64,000 bases of DNA from Nitrospirota bacterium (GTDB lineage Bacteria > Nitrospirota > UBA9217), in the NCBI GenBank assembly GCA_963845065.1, contig CAWJQQ010000008.1, positions 535,970-599,969 of the forward strand, in the 5' to 3' direction. This document shows, piece after piece, positions 38,751-49,581 of this stretch. The notes beneath the pieces were generated by a model. That model made no database searches and was not told the DNA's origin. It was given only the letters and a program-made list of their open reading frames with translations. Each line of letters begins with the position of its first letter. The first letter of the stretch is position 1. The translations under genes and the position numbers were made by a program.

Positions 38751-39204
38751 CTTGAACTCCTTTCTTTTTATGACTTCTCTTAGTTTTCGTCGTGAGAGCA
38801 GATCCAAACCATAGGTGCTAAGGATTTCTATTGACCCACAATCACCACTTCTATCATATAGTGGAGTGTGTTATAGTTTGCCTAATTCTGAGTAAGAGCC
38901 CTCCTCGTTAATATGGAGTTGTATTTCAGAGTTTATACCCAGAGGGTATCTCGACTTAATGCTAAGAGCACTCAGTACCGCTGTCCTTCCGTTGACTCCG
39001 CTAACTTGCCTGACTTGTCCGCCTCCCATGTTGCGTAGAGGTGTGCCTTCAACTTCTCCTCCACGGGAGATCAGTGTCAGCATAGACCCACGAATATATA
39101 CACTGGTGCTCTTATGAAGCTGTAGTTCTTCATACTTCCTTTTCTTCTATCTAGCTTTTGATCGTATGCCAAACAAAAAGGCCGAGCACACCAAAGGAGT
39201 CATC

Positions 39205-39285
39205 CTTCGGCAGCTCGGCCGTCTTGGTCTTTTAAGACCCGTGGCTTTCCGCCCTCTTCTTGCGAAGAGTTTGGCTTTATCGGGA
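39205..39285 (-). ncRNA. GEMM-I (c-di-GMP-I class) riboswitch with overlapping terminator
   Basis: AAAGCCAAAC-TCTTCGCAAGAAGA-GGGCGGAAAGCCACGGGTCTTAAAAGAC...GGCCGAGCTGCCGAA; downstream GCTCGGCC-TTTTT pairs with the aptamer 3' strand. Confidence 0.85.
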
Positions 39286-39745
39286 AATAAATTTTATAAT
39301 TAATATATTAATACCATTTGATCTCTACACTGTCAAAGCCTATTTCTGGCTGTAGATGTTCTACATGTACCTATTGAGGGGGAACATGCTATGAAGAAAG
39401 TAATAGCCTGTTAGATTGATTGACCCCATTCTACCTGGCTGCTTTAAAATTGCAGAATGTCACATTTATTTTTCAATGTATGCAACTGTTGTGGAGTTCA
39501 GAAAGGACATCGCACCACAATTCTCAAACTCTATTGTTCACCTCAAACAAATTAAGATTTCTGCGATAAACATCTACTACTGTGTAATGCCAAGATTATG
39601 ACAATGGTGCTAAATACTACTTCAAACATGCACTCTCATATTACCGTTGGGACATACATAAATGGATAACATAAAGCTGTAGTGATATACGACAGGATAC
39701 GCGTCTAATCAGATACTTTTTCAAAGCTTCACGCGCACTCTCACA

Positions 39746-41254
39746 TCAGCGGAGCCCGGAAACCTCTGGCGTCCTTGACGCAGAAGTGTCAGCCACGCCG
39801 TTTAACCAGCCGCCGCCAAGTGCCATAAACAAAGCTGCGGTGTCGACAAATCGGTTGGTTTTCGCTTGTGCAAGATTGATAACTGCCTGATGATAAGCCT
39901 GTTCGGCGGCGAGCAACGATAAATAATTAACGTAGCCGACTTCGAACTGCTTCTGTGCAAGGTTGAGGCTGCGTTTGGCAGCCTGTTCGAAGGCCACTGC
40001 TGCTTTCAGAGCATCAGCATCGTATTGGATCGCATGCAGTGTGTCCGCCACGTTTTGGAATGCTGCTATAACCGTGTTACGATACTCAGCCTCAGCCTGT
40101 TCTAGACCTGCTTCAGCAGCCCGTTTCCTGTGCAGCAAGGTGCCCCCCTGGAAGATCGGCTGTGTCAGATCACCAGCCAGGCTCCAGAAACCGTTTCCGG
40201 AGGTAAATAAATGGCTGATCGAGGTAGCGGTACTGCCCAAATCGGCGCTCAGGGTAATATTCGGCAGCATGGCAGCGACCGCGACACCGACCTGGGCGCT
40301 GGCGGAATGCAGCAGCTCCTCGGCTGCGCGCACGTCTGGGCGTTGCTCAACCAGTTTGGAGGGAATGCTGACCGGCAGTTCCTGGGGAAGGCTGAGCGCC
40401 GCGAACTCGAATTTTTCCTCCAACTCTTTGTCTGGGAATCGGCCCGCAAGGGCAACGAGCAAGTCACGGTTTTGCGCAAGCTGCTTCTGTAATGGCGGCA
40501 AGGTCTGTTGCACCTGGGCAAGAGCAGCTTCCTGCGCAGCCACGTCCAACCCAGCAGCATAACCGACTTTGAACTCTTGGTGCAGTTGGTCGAGCATCTC
40601 AGTCTCGATCTTGACAATGCTGAGCGTCGAGAAAATCTGAGCGCGCAACGAAGCTTCCTGGACGGCCGCAGCCACCACGTTCGATGTCAGCGTGAGATAG
40701 GCCGCTTCGAGCTGGAAGCGTTGAAAATCGGCCTGAGCAGTCAGGGACTCTACCTGTCGCCGGTTGCCGCCGAACACGTCAGGCGCAAAGCCTACATTCA
40801 CCTGAGCAGTATGAAGAGTGTAAGGTTCCTGGCCAGAAAACAGCACTGGCGAAATGGTGCCCGAGTCCTTCGTGCGGTTGGCCGAATAACCGGCCTGGAC
40901 GGTGGGATAGTAAGAGCCCTTCTGGGTGGCGACATTTTCCTGAGCCTGACGCAAGGCTGCCTTTGCTGCTTCGATCGTAGGGTTGGTCTTGAGCGATTTT
41001 TCGACCAACGCATTGAGCGGAGGCGACTTGAATAATGCCCACCACTGTTTGGGAATGTCCATGCCCGTGACAAAACGTTGTTCCTCTCCGCCAGCTACAT
41101 TGATGGTAGAAGTCGTGGCAGTCAGAGGTTCTGCTGTGTAGCCGTTAATCGCGGGCGGTGCTGGGCGGTGGAAGTTCGGACCAACGGCGCAGCCTGAGGT
41201 CAGGGCAACTATTGACAACGTTGCAGCGATGAAGTTGCAGTGTTTTGAGAACAT
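39746..41254 (-). CDS. RND outer-membrane factor lipoprotein (NodT/OprM family)
   Basis: LTSGC lipobox, QWW.LF, QRPDVRAAE, ALGGGW. Confidence 0.93.
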   Translation of the reverse strand: MFSKHCNFIAATLSIVALTSGCAVGPNFHRPAPPAINGYTAEPLTATTSTINVAGGEEQRFVTGMDIPKQWWALFKSPPLNALVEKSLKTNPTIEAAKAALRQAQENVATQKGSYYPTVQAGYSANRTKDSGTISPVLFSGQEPYTLHTAQVNVGFAPDVFGGNRRQVESLTAQADFQRFQLEAAYLTLTSNVVAAAVQEASLRAQIFSTLSIVKIETEMLDQLHQEFKVGYAAGLDVAAQEAALAQVQQTLPPLQKQLAQNRDLLVALAGRFPDKELEEKFEFAALSLPQELPVSIPSKLVEQRPDVRAAEELLHSASAQVGVAVAAMLPNITLSADLGSTATSISHLFTSGNGFWSLAGDLTQPIFQGGTLLHRKRAAEAGLEQAEAEYRNTVIAAFQNVADTLHAIQYDADALKAAVAFEQAAKRSLNLAQKQFEVGYVNYLSLLAAEQAYHQAVINLAQAKTNRFVDTAALFMALGGGWLNGVADTSASRTPEVSGLR

Positions 41255-41274
41255 GGCATTCCTTTAAGATAATA

Positions 41275-41547
41275 CTAATGCTTACGATGAATCATTGTTC
41301 CGTTGATGCTTGAACTGCTTTTTTTGGTTCGCGTGTCGGTGCGTATGGATTTACTGGTTTTTGGGGCTGTAATAGTTAGTTTGCGGCGTTCTGCAACCGA
41401 TTTTTCTTGAGGTTGCGTCCGAAGTTTGTCGGGCTGCTGGGGTGCAACGATTTTATTTGCGTTGTTTGGTTTGGCAATGGCAGCATGAGTCGCTGGTAAC
41501 CCGATAGACATCGCTAAAATTATAGTCCAAAAAAACAATACCTTCAT
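41275..41547 (-). CDS. Small basic secreted hypothetical protein
   Basis: Signal peptide, tight spacing inside the RND operon, RBS AGGAG. Confidence 0.6.
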   Translation of the reverse strand: MKVLFFWTIILAMSIGLPATHAAIAKPNNANKIVAPQQPDKLRTQPQEKSVAERRKLTITAPKTSKSIRTDTRTKKSSSSINGTMIHRKH

Positions 41548-41558
41548 AGTACTTCTCC

Positions 41559-44500
41559 TTATTTGACAGTCTCCTTTTGCGGTTCATGCTTTTCTCCCAA
41601 GAACAGCATCTGTAGCGGCGGCACAACTACAAGTAGGATGATTGGACCGATAAACATTCCGCCAACGATCACCGTAGCGAGGGGGCGCTGTACCTGACTT
41701 CCTATCCCGGTCGAAATCGCCGCGGGAAATAGGCCTATGCAGGCGGAAAGACTCGTCATGAGTAGCGGCCGCATACGGGTAGAGGCGGCGTGAATCATTG
41801 ATTCTATGGGCATGCCTCCGCGAAGTCTTTCCTGGTTGTAATAAGTAATCATCAGGATGCCATTCATGACGGATACGCCAAAGAGTGAAACGAAACCGAC
41901 GGCGGCAGAGATGCTGAAATTGAGACCGGAGATGTAAAGTGCCAATATGCCACCGGCTACCGCGAAGGGGATTCCCGCGAGTGCCATCAGACTGTCAAGT
42001 AGCGAATTGAATGTAGCGTAGAGCAATCCCAGGATGAGCACGAGACTGATCGGCACGATCACTTCCAAGCGCCTTTTAGCGTACTGTAGATCTCCGAATT
42101 CACCGGCCCAGATTAGTCGGTAGCCGCTCGGCAGTTTCAAATTCTTCGCAATGCGTTCCTGAGCCTCGGCAACGGTACTACCGAGGTCACGACCGCGGAC
42201 ACTGAACTTGACCGGGATGAAACGCTGCATGCTTTCATGATAAATCCAGGCTGCTCCCGTGTCCAAGGTGACCTTCGCAAGTTCGCGCAAGGGAAGGTAG
42301 GCGTTGGCGCCATTACCTGTTTGATAGGCCACCTTCACGTTGCGGATTTTTTCTATGCTGTCACGGTATTCGGATGGGTAGCGGACAACCAGGTCGAATT
42401 GGCGGTCACCCTCCAATACCGATGTTGCCACCGTACCGCCAAGCGCTGCTTGAACGACAGAGTTGATGTCACCGGTATTTAGGCCATACCTCGCCGCTTG
42501 AGCGCGATCTATCTTGATGTTCAGATTCGGCTGACCTAAGACTGGAAAGATTCCAAGGTCGGCAATACCGCGAACCCTGCTCATCTGGTCTCTCACTTGC
42601 TCGGCCAGTTTAGTCAATGTTTCGAGATTAGGGCCAACGATCTTGACCGAATTGTCGGCTTTAACTCCTGAAATAGCTTCTTCGATGTTATCCTGGATAT
42701 ATTGCGAAAAGTTGAAGTAGACCCCTGGCAGTTCTCGTTCAAGCTCAGCGTTAATCTGCTCGGTCAGGTTTTCCTTATTCATGCCTGTGCGCCATTGTCC
42801 AAGCGGCTTGAGCACTGCGAATAGTTCGACATTGGAGAATGGCGCCGCGTCGCTGCCGTCATCCGGACGACCATGCTGTGACGTTACGGTGCTGACCTCA
42901 GGAAATTTTAGAAGAATTGCCCTCATTTTTTTTGTTGCCGCCTCGCCGTCTTCCAGCGAAAGCGTCATCGGCATGGAAGCACGTATCCAAAAATTGCCTT
43001 CTTCGAGGTGTGGCAGAAATTCGCTTCCGAGCCTCGGTATCAAAAATCCTGCCAAGGCCATGAACGCAATTCCAATCATCACCATGACCCCACGGTGGGC
43101 GAGCGCGAATCTCAGCATCGGATTATAAAGACGATGTAGTGCGCGGACGAAGATGGTCTCGGTTTCCTTCACATGCTCGGGTAGCAGCAAGGACGAAAGT
43201 ACAGGCGTGATGGTGAATGTTGCGATCAAGGCGCCAGCTAGCGCGTACCCATAGGTACGCGCCATTGGGCCGAATATCGCGCCTTCGACTCCCTGCATGG
43301 TGAAGAGAGGCACGAAGGCTGCCACGGTGATTAAGGTCGAGAAAAAAACCGCTTTGTCCACTTGTAGGGCACTGATCAAAATAAGGCGCAAGCGATCTGT
43401 CCATCCCTTGGCCGACGTAACATGCATTGGGATTTTCGTCGGGTCCGGCCCCCAAAAGCCCTCGGCAAGATTCTGGAGCATACCCTGTCTTTCCTCGGGG
43501 CGTCCTTGGGATGTTCGGAAGACATTCTCAACAAGTATCACCGCTGAATCCACAATGATGCCGAAATCAACCGCGCCAACCGAAAGCAGGTTCGCGCTTT
43601 CGCCTTGAATCACGAGGAGAATGATCGCGAAAAAAAGCGCAAACGGGATGTTGAACCCTACAATGATCGCGCTGCGGAAATTACCGAGGAAAATCCATTG
43701 GATGAGGAGGACAAGCAGACATCCGAAGATAAGGTTGTGCAAAACGGTGTGGGTGGTGAGGTCGATTAGCGAGCCTCGATCATAAAAAGGAACGAGTTTG
43801 ACCCCGGGCGGCAAGCTTCCATCATGATTCATCATGTCAATTTCAGCTTTGACTTTTGGCAGCATATCGTGTGCCCGTTCAACGCGGCTCATGACCACAA
43901 TCGCCGCCACCCCGTCATCATCCATGTCGTGGCCCCAGATTCCAAGCCTCGGCCTATAGCCGACGTGGACTTTCGCAACATCCTTTATCTGCACAGGAAC
44001 GCCGTTCGACTGAGTCAGGACAACGTTTTCAATGTCATCAATCTTGAAGCCTTGGGTCAAATCATCATTGCCACCGTCATCAATCAGGCCGACACCACGA
44101 ATGTTGATGGATTGCTGGCCAATGCGGATTTCTCGTCCACCTACGTTGATGTTGGCGTTGCCCAGCGCGGTCAGGATTTGGGGTACCGTAATGTCATAGG
44201 CTTCCAATTTGTGTGGATCAGCATCTACCTCGAATTGCTTTGTTGGACCGCCCCAACTGTTCACTGCAACTATGCCGGGAATGGTCAACAGCCTGCGCGC
44301 TACGATCCAATCCTGAACGGTGCGAAGGTTGGTTATTCCGAAATGCTTCGGGCCCACCACCTGGTAACGAAAGATTTCACCAGTTCCGCTGTTCTGTTGA
44401 ATTGTGGGCACCAGATTACCTGGAAGAGTGACATTTTGTTGCAGGGCGATAGCGGCTTGGCTGTAAGCGAAGTGATAATCCACACCATAGTTAAAAACGA

Positions 44501-44783
44501 CCCGAACGAAGGCCAGGCCGTAAAACGAGGTAGACCGGATGACAGCGATGCCAGGAGTGGTGTAGAGCCCAATTTCAATTGGGCGCGAATAATACTTTTC
44601 CATCTCCTCGGCAGATAGGCCTGGCGCCTGGGCGGTAATCTCCAGGATAACAGGCGCTGGATTTGGATAGGCCTCGATGTTGAGCTTTTGAAATGCAAGA
44701 AACGCTGCACCGGCAAAAAGCAGCAGGGCGGCTACAACAATCGCTCGGCGGCTCAGGCAAAATGCTATGAGAGACTTAAACAT
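41559..44783 (-). CDS. CusA/CzcA-family heavy-metal efflux RND permease
   Basis: 1074 aa; DFGIIVD, EG.IF.PMA, GSEFLP.L.EG, RMRPLLMT, QRPLATV. Confidence 0.93.
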   Translation of the reverse strand: MFKSLIAFCLSRRAIVVAALLLFAGAAFLAFQKLNIEAYPNPAPVILEITAQAPGLSAEEMEKYYSRPIEIGLYTTPGIAVIRSTSFYGLAFVRVVFNYGVDYHFAYSQAAIALQQNVTLPGNLVPTIQQNSGTGEIFRYQVVGPKHFGITNLRTVQDWIVARRLLTIPGIVAVNSWGGPTKQFEVDADPHKLEAYDITVPQILTALGNANINVGGREIRIGQQSINIRGVGLIDDGGNDDLTQGFKIDDIENVVLTQSNGVPVQIKDVAKVHVGYRPRLGIWGHDMDDDGVAAIVVMSRVERAHDMLPKVKAEIDMMNHDGSLPPGVKLVPFYDRGSLIDLTTHTVLHNLIFGCLLVLLIQWIFLGNFRSAIIVGFNIPFALFFAIILLVIQGESANLLSVGAVDFGIIVDSAVILVENVFRTSQGRPEERQGMLQNLAEGFWGPDPTKIPMHVTSAKGWTDRLRLILISALQVDKAVFFSTLITVAAFVPLFTMQGVEGAIFGPMARTYGYALAGALIATFTITPVLSSLLLPEHVKETETIFVRALHRLYNPMLRFALAHRGVMVMIGIAFMALAGFLIPRLGSEFLPHLEEGNFWIRASMPMTLSLEDGEAATKKMRAILLKFPEVSTVTSQHGRPDDGSDAAPFSNVELFAVLKPLGQWRTGMNKENLTEQINAELERELPGVYFNFSQYIQDNIEEAISGVKADNSVKIVGPNLETLTKLAEQVRDQMSRVRGIADLGIFPVLGQPNLNIKIDRAQAARYGLNTGDINSVVQAALGGTVATSVLEGDRQFDLVVRYPSEYRDSIEKIRNVKVAYQTGNGANAYLPLRELAKVTLDTGAAWIYHESMQRFIPVKFSVRGRDLGSTVAEAQERIAKNLKLPSGYRLIWAGEFGDLQYAKRRLEVIVPISLVLILGLLYATFNSLLDSLMALAGIPFAVAGGILALYISGLNFSISAAVGFVSLFGVSVMNGILMITYYNQERLRGGMPIESMIHAASTRMRPLLMTSLSACIGLFPAAISTGIGSQVQRPLATVIVGGMFIGPIILLVVVPPLQMLFLGEKHEPQKETVK

Positions 44784-44785
44784 GG

Positions 44786-45814
44786 CTAATCGCTCGGTGG
44801 GGCTTCCAGCATGTTGCTGAGAAATATGCCGCCTTCAGTAACGACCAGTTCGCCCGGTCGCAGATTTTCAACGATCTGATACCATCCGTCTTTTTGCAGA
44901 CCAAGCTTGACCGGTCTTTGTATGAAGCGATGGCGGTCGGTGGTGACCCAGACCGTCATCGTACCGTCACCTTCGCGGACAACGCCATTGATCGGTATCG
45001 CGATGGCTTCCACCGGTTCTTGAATTCGAACCACAACACTGGCCAGCATTCCAGGACGAAGCTCATCCTTGGGATCAGCAATTTTTGCGCGGATCTTGGT
45101 TCTATGGATATTCGGATCAACGACATCATATATCTTCGTGACGTTGCCTTTAAAAACGCGGTCAGGATAGGCCATGACCTTAACCGTAACCGGCTGACCC
45201 ACGTGAAGAAGCGGCGTATCGCTTTCGGTCACATTCGCAACGGCTATCCGGCTAACCACTGCAGGTTCAATCTTACCCGAGGCGATCATGTTATCAATTT
45301 CGGCCTCTGTCTTGCCGAGGACGCGGACGGCATCTCTTGCGGCTTTGAGGGCGCCCTCAGCAGTTTGCTGATCGGAATCGGCCTGATCCAACTCCTTTTG
45401 TGACACGCCAACGTTGGTCTCGTAAAGGGCCTTGGCGCGCGCGAGTTCTTTGCTGGTCACTTCGAAAGTAGCTGCAGCGCCTATCAAAGCGGATTCAGCC
45501 TGGACAACCGAAAGATCTTCATCAAAATCAATGCTGCCGACCACCTCCCGCTCGATCGCAAAGAGCTGTTGGCCAACCGGCTCAATCTTGATTGATTTAA
45601 GCTGTGTCTCTTGCAGTGTTACGCTATTTTCGTCAATAGGCTCGCCCGGGGTCTGGCTCGGTGATTGAGTATATATCGCAGCATTCGCCAATCTGGGGCC
45701 AAAATCTGATCTTGACGACGTCTCCTTTTTTTCTGCTAAATAGACGCCGGTTGTGCTGGCTAGTATAAAAACTAAACTCACTCCCACAAGGGTTGTTTTT
45801 TTGTTGAATCGCAT
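44786..45814 (-). CDS. RND periplasmic adaptor (MFP), short form
   Basis: Alpha-hairpin, ANVTESD, LRPGM, G..VVTEG; the lipoyl half-motifs appear absent. Confidence 0.85.
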   Translation of the reverse strand: MRFNKKTTLVGVSLVFILASTTGVYLAEKKETSSRSDFGPRLANAAIYTQSPSQTPGEPIDENSVTLQETQLKSIKIEPVGQQLFAIEREVVGSIDFDEDLSVVQAESALIGAAATFEVTSKELARAKALYETNVGVSQKELDQADSDQQTAEGALKAARDAVRVLGKTEAEIDNMIASGKIEPAVVSRIAVANVTESDTPLLHVGQPVTVKVMAYPDRVFKGNVTKIYDVVDPNIHRTKIRAKIADPKDELRPGMLASVVVRIQEPVEAIAIPINGVVREGDGTMTVWVTTDRHRFIQRPVKLGLQKDGWYQIVENLRPGELVVTEGGIFLSNMLEAPPSD

Positions 45815-46033
45815 AAGTAAACCTCGTTCTGGTAATCATAGCCGTATAATGACAATCATAAGCAACTCCCTAGGATAATTTTATCAATTCAAACCTTTCC
45901 GTACCATGTCCGTTAGATTACAATTTGGAAAGGTTGAGAATCATATGATAAATGAGCGGATGGAAGGGTATTGAGAATGGTTGAACGGCTGGATGAGAGC
46001 TACTGACTGTACAGAATAGGTCGGACTGGAGAT

Positions 46034-47395
46034 TCAGATTGAGACAAAGAGTGGCAGGACAATGCGGGCCAAAAGTCCCGGGCCAGCGTCCTCCAAATGG
46101 AGTGCAGCTTCATGAAGTTGAGCAATGGCGGACACGATCGAAAGACCGAGGCCTGTGCCGGGTACTCTTTGATCAAGACGGTAAAAGCGCTGGATCACCT
46201 TGGATCGCTGGTCAGGTGGAATCCCCGGCCCGTTGTCCTGAACTACCAGAGAAACGGTTCCCACTTCTGGTGTCTCGTTTATGCTGACGGTCACAGTTCG
46301 TCCCCCGTATTTGAGCGCATTATCGAGTAGATTGGCAAGCGCACTTGCCAAGAGGTCCTTGTCGCCAATAGTCTTCGGGTCGCCCTCGATCTTAGTGATC
46401 AGAATGACGCCTTGCGCCTCTGCAATAGCATCATAAAGTTCGATGACAGTGGTGACCACCTTGCGCAACGCCACGGGTTTAAAGGGCTGACGCCGTGTGC
46501 CGGATTCAGATTCAGCGATCTGCAGAAGCTTGTCAAGAACTATGATCAAGCCATCGACCTGCGCTATGGAGAATTCAGCCGCCTCAGTAAGCCGTGATGC
46601 ATTAGCACCTGCACGAAGTGATTCGTCAAGGTGTCCGCGGATTTGACCAAGAGGAGTTCTCACATTGTGCGCAATCGTGTTGGAAACATGCCTAACGCCA
46701 TCCATCAGTTGCTCGATTCTGTCTAGCATACGGTTCATGTCGTCGCTCAGGCGAGCAAATTCGTCCTCAACGCCGGAAACAGGTATCCGTTTAGCCAGAT
46801 TCCCTGCCTCGATTTCCTCGACTGTGCGACGGATCGCACCAACGCGGCGTTCCAGCAGATAACGAAAAAGGATTGTGCCTCCAACGGCGAGCAGCAATGC
46901 AAAGACGCCGCCGATACCAATAGTGCGCCATATCAGATTCGCGATACCGTTCAGGTCCTTCATGTCGCGCCCTACAACGAGGACGGCACCGTTTGGCAGT
47001 TTATGCAGTACCAGGCGGGCCGATGACGGGAGTCCGTCGCGAATGACCCTCCGATTGACCGGCTGGTCGAGCGGCGACGTGAGCCCTTGACCGTCAGACA
47101 GATTGCCTACGAACTTTTGTCCATCAGGCCCACTAAGGAAATAGATTTCTGTATCGACGTCGAATTTGTCTGTAAGGAGAGTTTGTATTTCCGTCTGCAG
47201 GGCATCAAACCCCTTGGCTTTAAAATTGTTTGTAAGCCGTTCTGAGATGGAAACTAAATTTTGGTCAACCTCCTGGTCCAGTTTTCTGATGGTCCCAAAA
47301 TAAAAAATGGTCGAAAAAATAGCAGTCGAACCAATGACGAGCACACCGCAAAAAAGAGCCAGGCGAAATGCTACCGACCTCCAGAGATTAGTCAT
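46034..47395 (-). CDS. HAMP sensor histidine kinase
   Basis: Two TM segments, HAMP, AHNVRTPL, NALKY, DNGPGI, GTGLGL. Confidence 0.92.
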   Translation of the reverse strand: MTNLWRSVAFRLALFCGVLVIGSTAIFSTIFYFGTIRKLDQEVDQNLVSISERLTNNFKAKGFDALQTEIQTLLTDKFDVDTEIYFLSGPDGQKFVGNLSDGQGLTSPLDQPVNRRVIRDGLPSSARLVLHKLPNGAVLVVGRDMKDLNGIANLIWRTIGIGGVFALLLAVGGTILFRYLLERRVGAIRRTVEEIEAGNLAKRIPVSGVEDEFARLSDDMNRMLDRIEQLMDGVRHVSNTIAHNVRTPLGQIRGHLDESLRAGANASRLTEAAEFSIAQVDGLIIVLDKLLQIAESESGTRRQPFKPVALRKVVTTVIELYDAIAEAQGVILITKIEGDPKTIGDKDLLASALANLLDNALKYGGRTVTVSINETPEVGTVSLVVQDNGPGIPPDQRSKVIQRFYRLDQRVPGTGLGLSIVSAIAQLHEAALHLEDAGPGLLARIVLPLFVSI

Positions 47396-48074
47396 GGGCG
47401 CTCACCATATAGCCGGCGCCACGGACTGTGTGCAGAAGAGGCGGCGAGAAACCCTTGTCAATCTTGTTCCGCAGACGACTGATCTGGACATCGATCACGT
47501 TCGTCTGGGGGTCAAAGTGGTAGTCCCAGACAGACTCCAACAGCATCGTGCGCGTGACGATTTGGTCCTGGTGCCTAACCAGGTATTCGAGCAAACGAAA
47601 TTCCCGGGGCTGTAGGGGGATCGGCTTCCCCCCGCGTTCAACCCTGCGCGTCCGTAGATCAAGTTTCAGATCAGCTATCCACAACTCCCCGACATCTTCC
47701 GACAGCTTGGATCGGCGGGTCAGCGCCTCTACCCGCGCGAACAACTCAGAAAAGGCAAAAGGCTTAGTTAGATAATCATCACCGCCCTCGCGTAGCCCAC
47801 GCACGCGTTCGTCCAAACTTGCCAGGGCGCTTAGAATCAGAACCGGAGTCGTTTTGCCGAGTTCCCTCAGGGTTTTGACAATCGACAGTCCATCTATGTT
47901 TCCCGGCAGCATTCGATCAAGGATTATGATGTCCCATTGTTCGCCGGTGGCAATATCGAGTCCTTCCACGCTCTTTTGGCACCATGTCACGGTATAGCCC
48001 GCTTCTTTGAGGCCATTGCTGACAAAGCGAGCAGTATCCGCTTCGTCCTCTATGATTAAACAATGCAAGCTCAT
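47388..48074 (-). CDS. OmpR-family response regulator (CusR/CzcR-like)
   Basis: REC domain plus winged helix (HTVRGAGY). Confidence 0.93.
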   Translation of the reverse strand: MSLHCLIIEDEADTARFVSNGLKEAGYTVTWCQKSVEGLDIATGEQWDIIILDRMLPGNIDGLSIVKTLRELGKTTPVLILSALASLDERVRGLREGGDDYLTKPFAFSELFARVEALTRRSKLSEDVGELWIADLKLDLRTRRVERGGKPIPLQPREFRLLEYLVRHQDQIVTRTMLLESVWDYHFDPQTNVIDVQISRLRNKIDKGFSPPLLHTVRGAGYMVSAHD

Positions 48075-48426
48075 GTAAAGAAATCCTAACTATACAGATG
48101 AATGTCAGCTAATAGGCCAGAGGAAGTCGAGTAGCAGGCTGCAGCCTATTTCTAAAACTCCTAAATTGTTATTTGAGAGAGCGTCTTTTACTATATGGAT
48201 TCAAAAAACGGGTGATTTCCTTGAAGCCGAAACTACTTCGCTTTTTCTCGCATTGATCGTTTCGGCCTGTTACATACTAGAAAGATAAAGTAGCGTGCAA
48301 CGTGAACTGACGATTGTCAGTGCAGTAGATGAACTTTCCAAGCCTGGCGCGAGGGATTTATATTTTGAACCAAAATCCTGAATAAAATACCATTTCTGAA
48401 TTCCATAGTCAATGGACCGCTTATTC

Positions 48427-48692
48427 ATTCCGGCAGTTTGAGAAATTCGATGTTTCCAATAATTTTCAAATCTCTAAAAATGTCACGTTGCATGCCACTT
48501 TCCTCTATGCCGCCGATTTCATGCAGGCCAACATCCATATTGGAACCGACACGATTAAAATTGGTCGGGCAACCCCCCGGAATATAGTGCTGTTCTACTA
48601 AAAAAAACTTTTCTTCCTTCTTTGGCTAATTTTGCTCCGGCAACCAGCCCGCCAAGACCGGCACCAATAATTATTATGTCGTAATTTTCCAT
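48427..48692 (-). pseudogene. 5' fragment duplicate of the desaturase-like gene
   Basis: Highly similar to 35105-35369; one extra A in a homopolymer run causes a frameshift; truncated. Confidence 0.88.
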
Positions 48693-49581
48693 GGTTTTTC
48701 CTTTATGAAATAAAAAGAGATTTATTTTTGTTTAATGCGCGGTTATTAATCCAAGTTACATAGGGCTTCTGCTGTATCTAAACAATCCATCTTTTTGTTA
48801 GAATATTAGCTTCATTGAATGTCAATATATTTGCTGGTTCCTTTAAACTATAGCTAAAGTTTAGCAGAATATTTTTTGCCCTTTCAGATAGCGATGTGTT
48901 ATGTGGGAAGCAGTTTTCTGTCCTGCTGATTTTTGATGGGTTACCCTGGTACTTCAAGTTGAAACATAGGATATGTTGATACTGGCAACGACAAACAGCT
49001 TAGAAAACTCGTTTGACTGTAAGTGTCAATCGGTATTTATTACGTCGCCATTAGACATGGCATTCCGCCCTCCACCTACAATCTTGTACTGACGCTTGAT
49101 AAAAATCGTAGCAGAATACAACTTCAAACATGCATTAGCTCGCGGGTGTAGCGCGGTCGACGATGTGTCTACAATAAAGGTTAGCGGTCGTTGTGACATT
49201 GGCAGAATTGGTCCAGGCACTCCAACGTCGCAAGTAATTTTTCTATAGGAGCTTAGATTATCTAAAAATCATTTCTGCCAATCTATATGAAAGACATTTT
49301 CTAGTTGAAACCTGCACATTTCATAAGAATGCAACATCTGCAGGACAGGAAGGTTTTTTGACTGCAAGCTCTATCGAATATTATGGATCAGCTTCGCTGA
49401 TAGTGGAGGTCCCATCACGACGCACGATCTTCAAATTGCAAACATGTGAAACCATGGTAAAATCAATAAGGATTGAGACGACATCTTTACGTCGGGCTCA
49501 ATCTATAATTCAATTCGGGATGCGAATTGCAGGCTAACGATGAGTTAATAGGCGGGTATTCACACATCACTCTGCCCCTTA

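Noticed and set aside
39963..45668. Long plus-strand ORFs within the RND operon
   Set aside because: Antisense shadows of well-supported minus-strand genes
49526..49560. GGCTAAC-containing attC-like half site
   Set aside because: No complementary second arm found
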